Below, one piece after another: positions 18,302 through 27,188 of a stretch of DNA of 64,000 nucleotides. The first letter of the stretch is position 1. Each line of letters starts with the position of its first letter. The notes under the pieces were generated by a model that had not been told where the DNA came from, made no database searches, and saw nothing but the letters and a program-made list of their open reading frames with translations. The DNA comes from Candidatus Aenigmatarchaeota archaeon (GTDB taxonomy: Archaea > Aenigmatarchaeota > Aenigmatarchaeia > QMZP01 > QMZT01). The DNA lies in contig QMZT01000001.1 of NCBI GenBank assembly GCA_003663325.1, positions 15,366 through 79,365 of the forward strand, in the 5' to 3' direction. A program made the position numbers and the translations under genes.

Positions 18302-18403
18302 CTACAATAATTTAAACCTTGAAAGGTATTTTAATGCAATCAATATTATCATGAAAAGTATGATGATACCAAACATGAGCCCAAGCATAACATCCCTATC
18401 CAT
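18302..18403 (-). CDS. 33-aa single-TM micro-protein
   Basis: MDRDVMLGLMFGIIILFMIILIALKYLSRFKLL; fills the gap between neighbours with 6-7 nt spacers. Confidence 0.55.
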   Translation of the reverse strand: MDRDVMLGLMFGIIILFMIILIALKYLSRFKLL

Positions 18404-18409
18404 AACCAA

Positions 18410-18559
18410 TTACCTTGGAAGCATTTCTTTGATGGAGTTAAACAGAGAGGTAAAGGCTGTGCTTACATTTTCAGATTGCTTTGTTAGAAACATTATTATT
18501 AAAAGGGCCGCTATAACCAAGATCAGCATTACGGCAAGCGTTTTAAGTGAGAACTCCAT
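18410..18559 (-). CDS. 49-aa mini-pilin-like protein
   Basis: MEFSLKTLAVMLILVIAALLIIMFLTKQSENVSTAFTSLFNSIKEMLPR: hydrophobic helix then amphipathic helix. Confidence 0.65.
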   Translation of the reverse strand: MEFSLKTLAVMLILVIAALLIIMFLTKQSENVSTAFTSLFNSIKEMLPR

Positions 18560-18574
18560 GCTATCATTTTTATA

Positions 18575-18853
18575 TTAACAAACAAGCTTTCTATTACTAC
18601 ACTTGCAACCCTTTAAAAGATCACTACATGTTTCTTCCTTATCATTAACTATAATCTTTAAATCTGTTACCGTGGATGGTAGCTCCCCATCTCCTATCAC
18701 ACTACAAGCAGCTGCTGCATGCTGTTTACAAATATTTGATGCCTCAGACAACGTGCTTGCACGCTGTATACCAATACCAAATATGGTTATAACAACCAAT
18801 GCTGTTATTAAAATAACAATTGCAACCACGATAAGCTCAAGTGATATCCTCAT
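18575..18853 (-). CDS. Small archaeal pilin-like protein (candidate major pilin)
   Basis: MRISLELIVVAIVILITALVVITIF with Glu near the N-terminus; Cys-rich head; first gene of the operon. Confidence 0.7.
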   Translation of the reverse strand: MRISLELIVVAIVILITALVVITIFGIGIQRASTLSEASNICKQHAAAACSVIGDGELPSTVTDLKIIVNDKEETCSDLLKGCKCSNRKLVC

Positions 18854-18970
18854 AATTAAATATTAACCCTTTTCTTATTTAAATATTGCTTAATAGCCTT
18901 AATATGTTGTGCAAGCTGTTAATCTTTTTATTTCTTTCCTTTGAACACTTTAAAATACGAAGGTGGGGTA

Positions 18971-20167
18971 ATGAAAATTCTTTTAATGGTTTTGGACGGC
19001 GCAGCAGATAGAAGCAATGCAACACAAACCCCATTTCAAGCTGCAATAAAACCAAATATAGACAGGCTTGCAAAGAATGGCAAAGTGGGGATGATAGATA
19101 TTGGGTACAAAGGCAGTGTGGAATCTGATTTTGGTTTTCTCAATCTCCTTGGATTCTATTCAAAAAATACATATCCAGGAAGAGGATATTTAGAGGCATT
19201 GGGTGCAGGTATAGAGCCTAAACATGGAGATTTGTGTATAAGGGGCAATTTTGCAACCCTCAACGCTGATGGTAATCTTATTGATAGAAGGGCTGGGAGG
19301 GATGAAACAGGGTTGGAGGAGCTTGCAAATATGTTGGATGGTATGGAAATAGATGGCGTGCATTTTACTGTTAAAAAATCAGCTGGTCATAGAGTAATAA
19401 TAATAGCGAGCGGTAAAAATTTAAGCACAGAGCTTATGCCAAACGATACAAGAGAAATAAACACACCTGTAAGGCAAATTGTGGCAAAAAACGAAAAGGC
19501 TAAATTTACAGCCTCAGTGCTGAATAAATTCATAACAAGAAGCAGGAAGTTGCTTGAGAGACATGAGATAAATAAAAAGCGTAGCAAACCAGCAAATGTC
19601 ATTTTGATGAGGGGTTTTGGTAAGAGAAGGGATATAGAGGGTTTTGAAAAAAGGTATGGGATGAAGGCTTGCTGTATAGCAGGAATTCCTATAGCAAAGG
19701 GTGTAGCAAGGTGGCTCGGCATGGATGTTATTGAGGTTGAGGGGGCAACAGGTATGCCAAATACAAACCTTGCTGGAAAGTTTAATGCAGCCATAAAGGC
19801 TATAGATAAATATGATTTTATATGGTTGCATATAAACGCATGCGATATACTTTCTCATGATGGGAAGAGGGAGGAGAAAAGAAGATACATAGAAAAGATT
19901 GATAGTGAGGTTGGAAAACTATTAAAGAGGATTGATATAAGCAAGCTTATTATAGCCATAACCTCCGATCATAGAACTGTAAGCATACCAGAGTTTAAGT
20001 TTTATAGGCATGTCCCAGACCCTGTACCCGTTCTTATAGCGGGAAATGGTATAGAGGCTGATAAAGTGGGAAGGTTTAATGAAATAGATGCAGAAAGCGG
20101 CAGTCTTAAGCTAAAGGGAAACGAGCTTATAGGCAAGATAATATCTTTATGTAAGAGAAAGAATTAA
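18971..20167 (+). CDS. apgM: 2,3-bisphosphoglycerate-independent phosphoglycerate mutase (archaeal type)
   Basis: LDGAAD, ESD, YPGRGYLEALGAG, DRRAGR, DILSHDG, TSDH; start moved to the ATG after GGTGGGG. Confidence 0.9.
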   Translation: MKILLMVLDGAADRSNATQTPFQAAIKPNIDRLAKNGKVGMIDIGYKGSVESDFGFLNLLGFYSKNTYPGRGYLEALGAGIEPKHGDLCIRGNFATLNADGNLIDRRAGRDETGLEELANMLDGMEIDGVHFTVKKSAGHRVIIIASGKNLSTELMPNDTREINTPVRQIVAKNEKAKFTASVLNKFITRSRKLLERHEINKKRSKPANVILMRGFGKRRDIEGFEKRYGMKACCIAGIPIAKGVARWLGMDVIEVEGATGMPNTNLAGKFNAAIKAIDKYDFIWLHINACDILSHDGKREEKRRYIEKIDSEVGKLLKRIDISKLIIAITSDHRTVSIPEFKFYRHVPDPVPVLIAGNGIEADKVGRFNEIDAESGSLKLKGNELIGKIISLCKRKN

Positions 20168-20168
20168 T

Positions 20169-22082
20169 ATGGAAAAGGAATTTACAAGCCTGGATATATT
20201 TTTTATTTTAAAAGAGATAAGGGATGCTATTAATGGGGGATTCATAAGAAAGATACACCAATATAATGGCAAGGGTTATTCTTTTTTGTTAGATATCTAT
20301 TCTCCAAGAAAGGGTGAATCGTTCTGGCTGTACTTTGATAAGAATAAAATATACATCACGGAGTATAAGAAGAAGGCACCTTACAAGCTTCCCATATTTT
20401 GCTCGATCCTAAGGAAATACCTAGAGAATGCGAAGATAGAAAGTATTAATCAACATGAATTTGAAAGAATAGTAGAGCTTTGTACCACTAAAGGGATACT
20501 TGTTATAGAGCTTTTCTCTAAAGGGAATGTTATACTTTGCAATCAAGACAGGGAAATAATAGCACCCCTCTATACACAACATTGGAAAGACAGGGAAATT
20601 AAGCGTGGCGCTGTGTATAGCTACCCTCCACCCAAGCCAAACCCATTCTCTATGAGCTTTGAAGATTTTAAAAAGATTATGAGCAATGAGAAGAAGGTTA
20701 TTGTTGGCATTGCATTAATGGGTTTCGGTGGTACATATGGTAAGGAGATATGTAAAATTGCAAATATAGATGAAAATAGAATCGCAAAGGAGCTGAGTAT
20801 GAACGAGGTGAGAAGAATTTTTAAGGCAATATCAACAATAAAGAAGAGGGAAATAAAAGCTACCGTATATGAGGATGATGTAACACCTTTCCCTCTAGAG
20901 ATATATAAAAATAAGAAGATTATCAAAACCTTTGATAGTTTCTCGCCAGCCATTGATAATTTTATTATATCTAAAATAAAGAGCAGCCAGCAAATAGAAG
21001 GGGAGGAAAAAATAAAAAGAATTATAGAGAGGCAAAAGAGCGCTATAGAAAAATGGGAGAAAAAGGAAAAAGAGAGCAGAGAAAAAGCAAATATTATCTA
21101 TACACATTACCCTCTTTTCAAAACCATATTGCAATGGATAAGGAACGCTAGAGACAAGGGAATGGGATGGGAGGAAATAAAAAAATGGATAAAAGAAAAA
21201 GGAACAGGGTGGGCTGATAATATAAAAGAAATAAGGGAGCATGAAGGTGTTATCATAGTAAATGTTGAGAATAATGAAATAGAGATTGATATAAAAAAGA
21301 GCACAGAGGAAAATGCTGCAATGTATTTTGAAAATGCAAAGAAGGCAAGAAGAAAAATAAAAGGTATCATGGAGGCTATCAAAAAATATGAGGATATGGA
21401 GAAATGTGAAAGGAAGGAAAGGGAAAGGGAAAGTATTAAAAAGAAGGAAAAGAAAGCGTGGTATGAGAAATTCCGTTATTTCTATACCTCTGATAATTTT
21501 CTTGTGCTTGGTGGAAAAGATGCAGTAAGTAATGAAGTCTTGATAAAGAAATATACAGATAAAAATGACGTTGTTTTACATGCTGATATAACGGGCTCAC
21601 CATTTGTTGTTATAAAATCTGCTGGAAAAAAGATAACAGAGGTAGCAAAAAAAGAAGCCAGTGAGTTCGCTGCTATTTATAGCAAGGCATGGCAAAGGGG
21701 ATTAATGAATGTAGATGTATATTGTGTGAGGCCAGAGCAGATATCAAAAAAAGCTCCCAGTGGAGAGTATCTTGGCAAAGGCTCTTTCATGATTTATGGT
21801 AAGAGAGAGTGGTTTAGAAATGTTGAGCTAAAACTTGCGATAGGGTTTGTTTTTGATAAAGCCTGTGTAAGGGTTATAGGCGGACCTCTCTCTACGATAA
21901 AGAACAAGACTGAGTACTTTGTTGTAATAAGACCTGGAGATTTGAAGCTTAAAGAAATTGTTGAGAAAATAAAAAAGAAGGTAGCAAGAGATGTAGGTAA
22001 AGAGAAGGCATTGCTTATTAAAAAAATAAACATCTCAGATTTCCAGAGGTTTATACCAGCAGGAAAGGGAAGCATAGATTGA
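20169..22082 (+). CDS. rqcH: Ribosome quality control protein Rqc2/NEMF (NFACT family)
   Basis: ELFSKGNVIL, WYEKFRYF, GGKDAVSNE, HADITGSP, APSGEYLGKGSFMIYG. Confidence 0.93.
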   Translation: MEKEFTSLDIFFILKEIRDAINGGFIRKIHQYNGKGYSFLLDIYSPRKGESFWLYFDKNKIYITEYKKKAPYKLPIFCSILRKYLENAKIESINQHEFERIVELCTTKGILVIELFSKGNVILCNQDREIIAPLYTQHWKDREIKRGAVYSYPPPKPNPFSMSFEDFKKIMSNEKKVIVGIALMGFGGTYGKEICKIANIDENRIAKELSMNEVRRIFKAISTIKKREIKATVYEDDVTPFPLEIYKNKKIIKTFDSFSPAIDNFIISKIKSSQQIEGEEKIKRIIERQKSAIEKWEKKEKESREKANIIYTHYPLFKTILQWIRNARDKGMGWEEIKKWIKEKGTGWADNIKEIREHEGVIIVNVENNEIEIDIKKSTEENAAMYFENAKKARRKIKGIMEAIKKYEDMEKCERKERERESIKKKEKKAWYEKFRYFYTSDNFLVLGGKDAVSNEVLIKKYTDKNDVVLHADITGSPFVVIKSAGKKITEVAKKEASEFAAIYSKAWQRGLMNVDVYCVRPEQISKKAPSGEYLGKGSFMIYGKREWFRNVELKLAIGFVFDKACVRVIGGPLSTIKNKTEYFVVIRPGDLKLKEIVEKIKKKVARDVGKEKALLIKKINISDFQRFIPAGKGSID

Positions 22083-22239
22083 CATTTCAATAGTTTCAAT
22101 ATATGCAACTAAGTTTTATATAATGTTTCCTTTATATGAAGTTATATGTTTAGAGGTATAAGTATAGAGGATATTGTAAATGCAATATTACGTGCTCAGA
22201 GAGGTTAAGCATTTTTAAATATAAACCAAACTAAAAATA

Positions 22240-23004
22240 ATGAAACTGCGCTTTGTGGAAGGGAAGCCCGCCCTGCTTATAAAAGATACACTTGTAATAG
22301 CCGATCTGCATATAGGAATTGAGAGGGAGTATGCTGAGAATGGTATAAAAATACCACCCTTAGCTGATGTGCTTCTCAAAGAAATTAAGGATCTAATCAA
22401 AGCCAGTCATGCAAGATCTCTCATACTGATGGGTGACATAAAGCACATAGTCCCAGGGCACAGCAGCTATGAAAGAAAGGAGGTTAGAAAATTCCTTAAC
22501 GCTATTAATGAGATAGTAAATGTGGGGATTATAAAGGGCAACCATGACTCAAATATAGAAAACTATATTCCGGAAGGTGTTAGAATTTTTAACGCAAAAG
22601 GCATTATTTTGGAAAACGATTTTTATTTGTTCCATGGCCACACATGGCCAAGAACAGGCTTTCTAAAGGCTAAGTACTGTATAATGGCTCATATCCACCC
22701 ACAAATAGAAATAGTTAGTAGGCTCGGTTATAATTTTATAGATGATGTATGGGTTGTCTCGGAAATGAAAGATAGTATATTAGAAAGATACAATGGTTAT
22801 GAAAATAAAAGCCTGCCAGAGGTTATAATCATGCCAAAATTCAATAAAATGGCAGGCGGGCTCGTGATAAATAAAGAAACATGCTTGGAGAAATTGGATA
22901 ATAAGCATTCATCCCCCCTTCTCAGAAATTTAGATATCATGAAAAGCAAGATATTTACACTCTCAGGCCTATACCTCGGTAGGCTTTCTGAGCTGAGCCA
23001 CTAG
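22240..23004 (+). CDS. Metallophosphoesterase
   Basis: ADLHIG, GDIKH, GNHD, HGH, AHIHP. Confidence 0.9.
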   Translation: MKLRFVEGKPALLIKDTLVIADLHIGIEREYAENGIKIPPLADVLLKEIKDLIKASHARSLILMGDIKHIVPGHSSYERKEVRKFLNAINEIVNVGIIKGNHDSNIENYIPEGVRIFNAKGIILENDFYLFHGHTWPRTGFLKAKYCIMAHIHPQIEIVSRLGYNFIDDVWVVSEMKDSILERYNGYENKSLPEVIIMPKFNKMAGGLVINKETCLEKLDNKHSSPLLRNLDIMKSKIFTLSGLYLGRLSELSH

Positions 23005-23015
23005 ACCTTGTCGTT

Positions 23016-23981
23016 TTAAAATTTAATGATGTTAAGCTTTGTCACAAGTGTAAATATTACAAAGAGCAAGGCAAGCATTATAAGCGAGTGCTTTATACCC
23101 GCAAACGCTGAATTTTCAGAAAGCTGACCAGTTAGAAGACCCATAAATATTGCCTCTATTATCAGTGAAGAGAAAAACAGAGCAGTATAATAGCATCCTA
23201 CACCCCCTGATATATTAAATGCTGTGCATATAAGTCCAAAAAAATCGCATGGGAAAATAAGGTATGCCGTCTCACAAGGGTTCCTAAAGTTAAACGTAAA
23301 ACCACCCCCCAGAGGGCTGGTTCCCATGAAGCTTGAACCGCTAAGCCCACCAAGTGCGGAAGAACCAGAAAACATTGGCGCCAAGACCAAAATTATGCCG
23401 AGAGATATGCCTATGAATATAAAGAATGTTGCGTACATTACCATTACATGTTGCCTGACTATATTTCTCCTATCTTCTTCCAGCTCTCTTAGGGTGAACA
23501 TATCCCTTGCCAACGAGTCTAAAATTGATGCGATATCTCCTCCAGAGACGTAAGACTCCTTTATGATATCTATAGCCTCTCTTATAACCCTGGATTTAAA
23601 CCGCCTTCCAAATATCTCAAGAGCCCTTAAAAATGGAACGTTCCACGAAAGCCTGTTTGCAAGCTTTTCTATTTCTGGTGTAAGTTTTCCGTAATTTGTC
23701 TTTGTTGCAAGCCTAACAGCATCCGGCAGTGTCATTCCAGAACGCTTCATACTTGCTAAATCTCTTATAAAATTTGGAAATTCTTTCTCTGCAGCCTTTA
23801 TTAACAGAAATTCGCTATAGCGATAGAGAAATGAGGGTGTGACTATTATGAAGATTGATATTACACCCACATTTATTATTGATGCAACATCCTGTGTGAT
23901 TATACTTGTTAGCGTTAACAGGCACGCACTAATAGCTAGCGATATCAAAAGTACCTTTTTCCTCATATCTATTTCAACCAT
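23016..23981 (-). CDS. Type II/IV secretion system F-family (TadC/ArlJ-like) membrane platform protein
   Basis: EFPNFIRDLAS..RSG, YGKLTPEI, SGGD; multiple TM helices; downstream of the pilus ATPase. Confidence 0.88.
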   Translation of the reverse strand: MVEIDMRKKVLLISLAISACLLTLTSIITQDVASIINVGVISIFIIVTPSFLYRYSEFLLIKAAEKEFPNFIRDLASMKRSGMTLPDAVRLATKTNYGKLTPEIEKLANRLSWNVPFLRALEIFGRRFKSRVIREAIDIIKESYVSGGDIASILDSLARDMFTLRELEEDRRNIVRQHVMVMYATFFIFIGISLGIILVLAPMFSGSSALGGLSGSSFMGTSPLGGGFTFNFRNPCETAYLIFPCDFFGLICTAFNISGGVGCYYTALFFSSLIIEAIFMGLLTGQLSENSAFAGIKHSLIMLALLFVIFTLVTKLNIIKF

Positions 23982-23985
23982 CCTA

Positions 23986-24834
23986 TCACTCCGTTGGAGA
24001 CATACCCTTAAATAATACTATGAATCCTATTGAGACGAGTGGTATGAACACGAACACGAGGAAGGTCTGTATAAGTAATATACCCCCACCCGATAGTGGT
24101 CCCATAATAGACGATAGCACTATGAAAAACACGCTACCCACAATTATGAGTGTAATATATATCTCTGTAAAGAATGATACTTGCCTTGAGTATTTGTCTA
24201 GTGATCTTCTATAATCTCCCATGAATTCTCTTGTTTTTTCCTCAAAATATCTACCTAGATCACCACCTCTTGTGAGCACAGACACCATTCCCCACAGAAA
24301 CTCTGAAAATTTCGCTGAAGGCGTTCTATTTGCAGCTTTGGCTATTGCACTTGGCAAATCCATACCAAGCATCGCAACATCCCTGTATATCCTTTTACAT
24401 TCATTACCAATCTCACCCTTTTTTAACGATGTTAGCTTGAATATCTCTACAGGGTTTACATTAGATGAAGCTATTGTTGACATGTAAACGCTAACAAAAG
24501 GCAGCTCTTTCATTATCCTGTTTTCTATCCCTTTAGCCTTCATAGAAGGGTAGTAGTTACCCGCTAAAAATGCAAGCAGTGAAGCAAACAGTGAAACTAT
24601 TATTGATAATGTAAATGAATAACTGGGAGCCATGGTTACTATACCGATAAAAAATGATGCTATTGGTAAGGAAATCATGTATACAATCAAAGCTATAAAA
24701 AGAAGGTTACATACATAGGTTTTGATATCTATAAGCATCCTGGCCTGTTTTAGCTTTAACTTCAACTCATCAAAATACTCAATATACGGTTCTACCAAGC
24801 CTCCAAAGAGCCCAAGCGAGATTTTCTCTATCAT
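23986..24834 (-). CDS. Type II/IV secretion system F-family (TadB/TadC-like) protein
   Basis: ELPFVSVYM, AANRTPS..FSEFLWG, GGDL, EIY. Confidence 0.88.
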   Translation of the reverse strand: MIEKISLGLFGGLVEPYIEYFDELKLKLKQARMLIDIKTYVCNLLFIALIVYMISLPIASFFIGIVTMAPSYSFTLSIIVSLFASLLAFLAGNYYPSMKAKGIENRIMKELPFVSVYMSTIASSNVNPVEIFKLTSLKKGEIGNECKRIYRDVAMLGMDLPSAIAKAANRTPSAKFSEFLWGMVSVLTRGGDLGRYFEEKTREFMGDYRRSLDKYSRQVSFFTEIYITLIIVGSVFFIVLSSIMGPLSGGGILLIQTFLVFVFIPLVSIGFIVLFKGMSPTE

Positions 24835-24842
24835 TATAATCT

Positions 24843-26657
24843 TTATATAAGACTTAAAATCTTGTCAGGGTTTGAATAATAGGTGTTGATTATGTTTGCA
24901 ACATCTCTATAATCATAAATCTTATTCTCAACCATCCACTCCAACACAGATTTCCTAGCAGCCAATTCATCTTTAAGCATATTATGAGGTATACCGAGAA
25001 TAGTGGCTATATCCTCCATAACCTTCGATTTTCCAACTATATCAAACTTATCATTAGCGGGATTCCATTTGAATATAGTTTCCACCGCTGGCTTATTACC
25101 CCTTATACCCACAACCTCAACTATTTCATTCGCTCTCCTTGCATACTCTTCCTTTATCTTTACCCTCACCAAGAACACGATTATATCAAGATTCTCTATC
25201 AATGTTGCAGGCAAAGATATTGGTGGGCTTGTAAGCCTGTCTATGAATTGTGGCATAGACGCAGCGTGTATTGTTGCCATTCCAGCATGCCCTGTTGCTA
25301 TTTGCTGGAAAAGGACATAAGCCTCTTTACCTCTAACCTCACCAACTATTATATAATCCGGCCTTTGCCTGAGCGAGGACTTGAGCAAGTCAAAAAGGCT
25401 CACCTCACCCTTTACCCCTTCCTCGCTTATTGCTGTTCTTGCAACCTCTGGTACCCAATGCGGGTGCGGCAGCCTTAATTCTGGTGTATCTTCTATGGAG
25501 ACAACTTTAAGGGAAGGCCTTATAAAAAGCGAAAGTGCATTGAGAAATGACGTCTTACCTGTTGCCGTCCCACCAGATATAAGTATGGATTTCCTGTGCT
25601 CTATAGCAAGCCACAAATACGCCATTTGAAGTGCATTTACTGTTCCATATTCAATCATGTGAACAGGAGTTAAAGGCTTCTCTGTGAATTTCCTTATTGT
25701 AAAATTACTCCCTTTCATTGCTATATCTGTTCCAAGGGTTGCTTGTACCCTGCTCCCGTCCGGCAAGCTCCCATCCATCAACGGTTCAGCAACATTCAGC
25801 ATCCTTCCGCATTTCTGCGCGAGTTTCATAACAAACGTATCAAGCTCATCCTTGTCTTCAAACATAATATTGGTTATTAAAGAACCAAACAAAGGATTTC
25901 TGTGATAAACATATATTGGTACCTTTTCCCCGTCACAACTTATATCTTCTATATCGGGATCCCTCATTAACGCTTCAATCTTTCCTAATCCTAATATATC
26001 CCTTTCTATATAATAGCGATAGGTATCTTTCTTTTCAGGTGTTAGCTCAAGTGTGGAAAAAATATCATAAAGCTCTTTTCTTAATATCTCTTTTGCCTTA
26101 ATATCCCCTATCTTTATAAAGTCTACATCCAACCTTTCTTCAAGTATCCTTTTTATCTCTTCTAGCTGTTTTATATCAGCCTTTGATATAAACGGTTCTA
26201 TTACATTATATACCAAATTATTATGCTCATTATTCCAAAATATGTGTGCGTATGCATAAATCTTCTCACCACGTCTTGGTTTGAGTGGTATTAACGGATA
26301 GCGTATATTTATATTTCTTATTGCTTCCTTTTCCTCTGTTGAAAGCGGTGATATCATTTTTGGTTGAAATGGCGGCAGCTCTAGCTCAAAATTACCCTTT
26401 CTTATCCTTACCTCACCCTCTAAGGTGACCTTTCCACCGGTAATCTTTCCACCAGCACCACCTGCCCCCAAAACCTTTAATATATTATCGCCACTTATTA
26501 CTATCTTTCCTTCACTTATGTTAATCTCACCACCACCCATACCAGCTCTTTTTTGCTTTTTCATGTAATTGATGTAACCGGATTTCATTTTAGCTATCAA
26601 TTTTCTGAAAGAAAATTTCTCTGCCTTTCGAACCTTTATTCTTGGAACATTAACCAT
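24843..26657 (-). CDS. Type IV pilus assembly ATPase (VirB11/TadA/ArlI family)
   Basis: Walker A GGTATGKT, SIEDTPE, LRQRPDYIIVGEVRG, TGH...TIHA. Confidence 0.95.
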   Translation of the reverse strand: MVNVPRIKVRKAEKFSFRKLIAKMKSGYINYMKKQKRAGMGGGEINISEGKIVISGDNILKVLGAGGAGGKITGGKVTLEGEVRIRKGNFELELPPFQPKMISPLSTEEKEAIRNINIRYPLIPLKPRRGEKIYAYAHIFWNNEHNNLVYNVIEPFISKADIKQLEEIKRILEERLDVDFIKIGDIKAKEILRKELYDIFSTLELTPEKKDTYRYYIERDILGLGKIEALMRDPDIEDISCDGEKVPIYVYHRNPLFGSLITNIMFEDKDELDTFVMKLAQKCGRMLNVAEPLMDGSLPDGSRVQATLGTDIAMKGSNFTIRKFTEKPLTPVHMIEYGTVNALQMAYLWLAIEHRKSILISGGTATGKTSFLNALSLFIRPSLKVVSIEDTPELRLPHPHWVPEVARTAISEEGVKGEVSLFDLLKSSLRQRPDYIIVGEVRGKEAYVLFQQIATGHAGMATIHAASMPQFIDRLTSPPISLPATLIENLDIIVFLVRVKIKEEYARRANEIVEVVGIRGNKPAVETIFKWNPANDKFDIVGKSKVMEDIATILGIPHNMLKDELAARKSVLEWMVENKIYDYRDVANIINTYYSNPDKILSLI

Positions 26658-26665
26658 TTCAACAC

Positions 26666-27085
26666 CTACTTTAATATAATTGAATTCCCTGTTTTATAAA
26701 TTATGAGTTTGCCTCTACCACTTAATATTGTGCTCTTTTTAAATGTGTAGGTTTTATTCATGAAATAAAGATTGGAAAAGCTTTCTCTACCATTTCTTAC
26801 ATATACATAAAGCCCATTCTCTCGTAAAGCAATAAAATATGGTTTCTGACCTGCAAACTTTGGTATCTTTACTACAATGCTCGAGGAGCTGTTGGTGGAT
26901 AAAAGTAATGATAGTATGCTGTTAGCTACAGTCTCCTTTATTTGTTCAAGCTGATCATATTCTGCAAACTCCGCATACACGCTGGTATAGCTATTAAATA
27001 TAAAATACGTCGCTATAAAGATGCTAACCGCTAGTGAAAAAAGCACTATTTGTTCAAAAGCCAAGACTTGCCCAATTTTCGCCAT
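26666..27085 (-). CDS. Pilin-like protein with class III signal peptide
   Basis: MAKIG|QVLAFEQIVLFSLAVSIF; first gene of the ATPase operon. Confidence 0.7.
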   Translation of the reverse strand: MAKIGQVLAFEQIVLFSLAVSIFIATYFIFNSYTSVYAEFAEYDQLEQIKETVANSILSLLLSTNSSSSIVVKIPKFAGQKPYFIALRENGLYVYVRNGRESFSNLYFMNKTYTFKKSTILSGRGKLIIYKTGNSIILK

Positions 27086-27188
27086 ATTTAGAATTTTGGT
27101 GTAACCCATTTTTATTTGATGAAATGCATTATAAATGGACTAATTACTTGAAAATAAAGAATTTTATTATTTTTTGTTAAATAATCAT

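Noticed and set aside
18351..18578. 75-aa plus-strand ORF in the ORF track
   Set aside because: Antisense to two better-supported micro-ORFs of the minus-strand pilin operon
22146..22208. 20-aa ORF MFRGISIEDIVNAILRAQRG
   Set aside because: Too short to support without conservation or expression data
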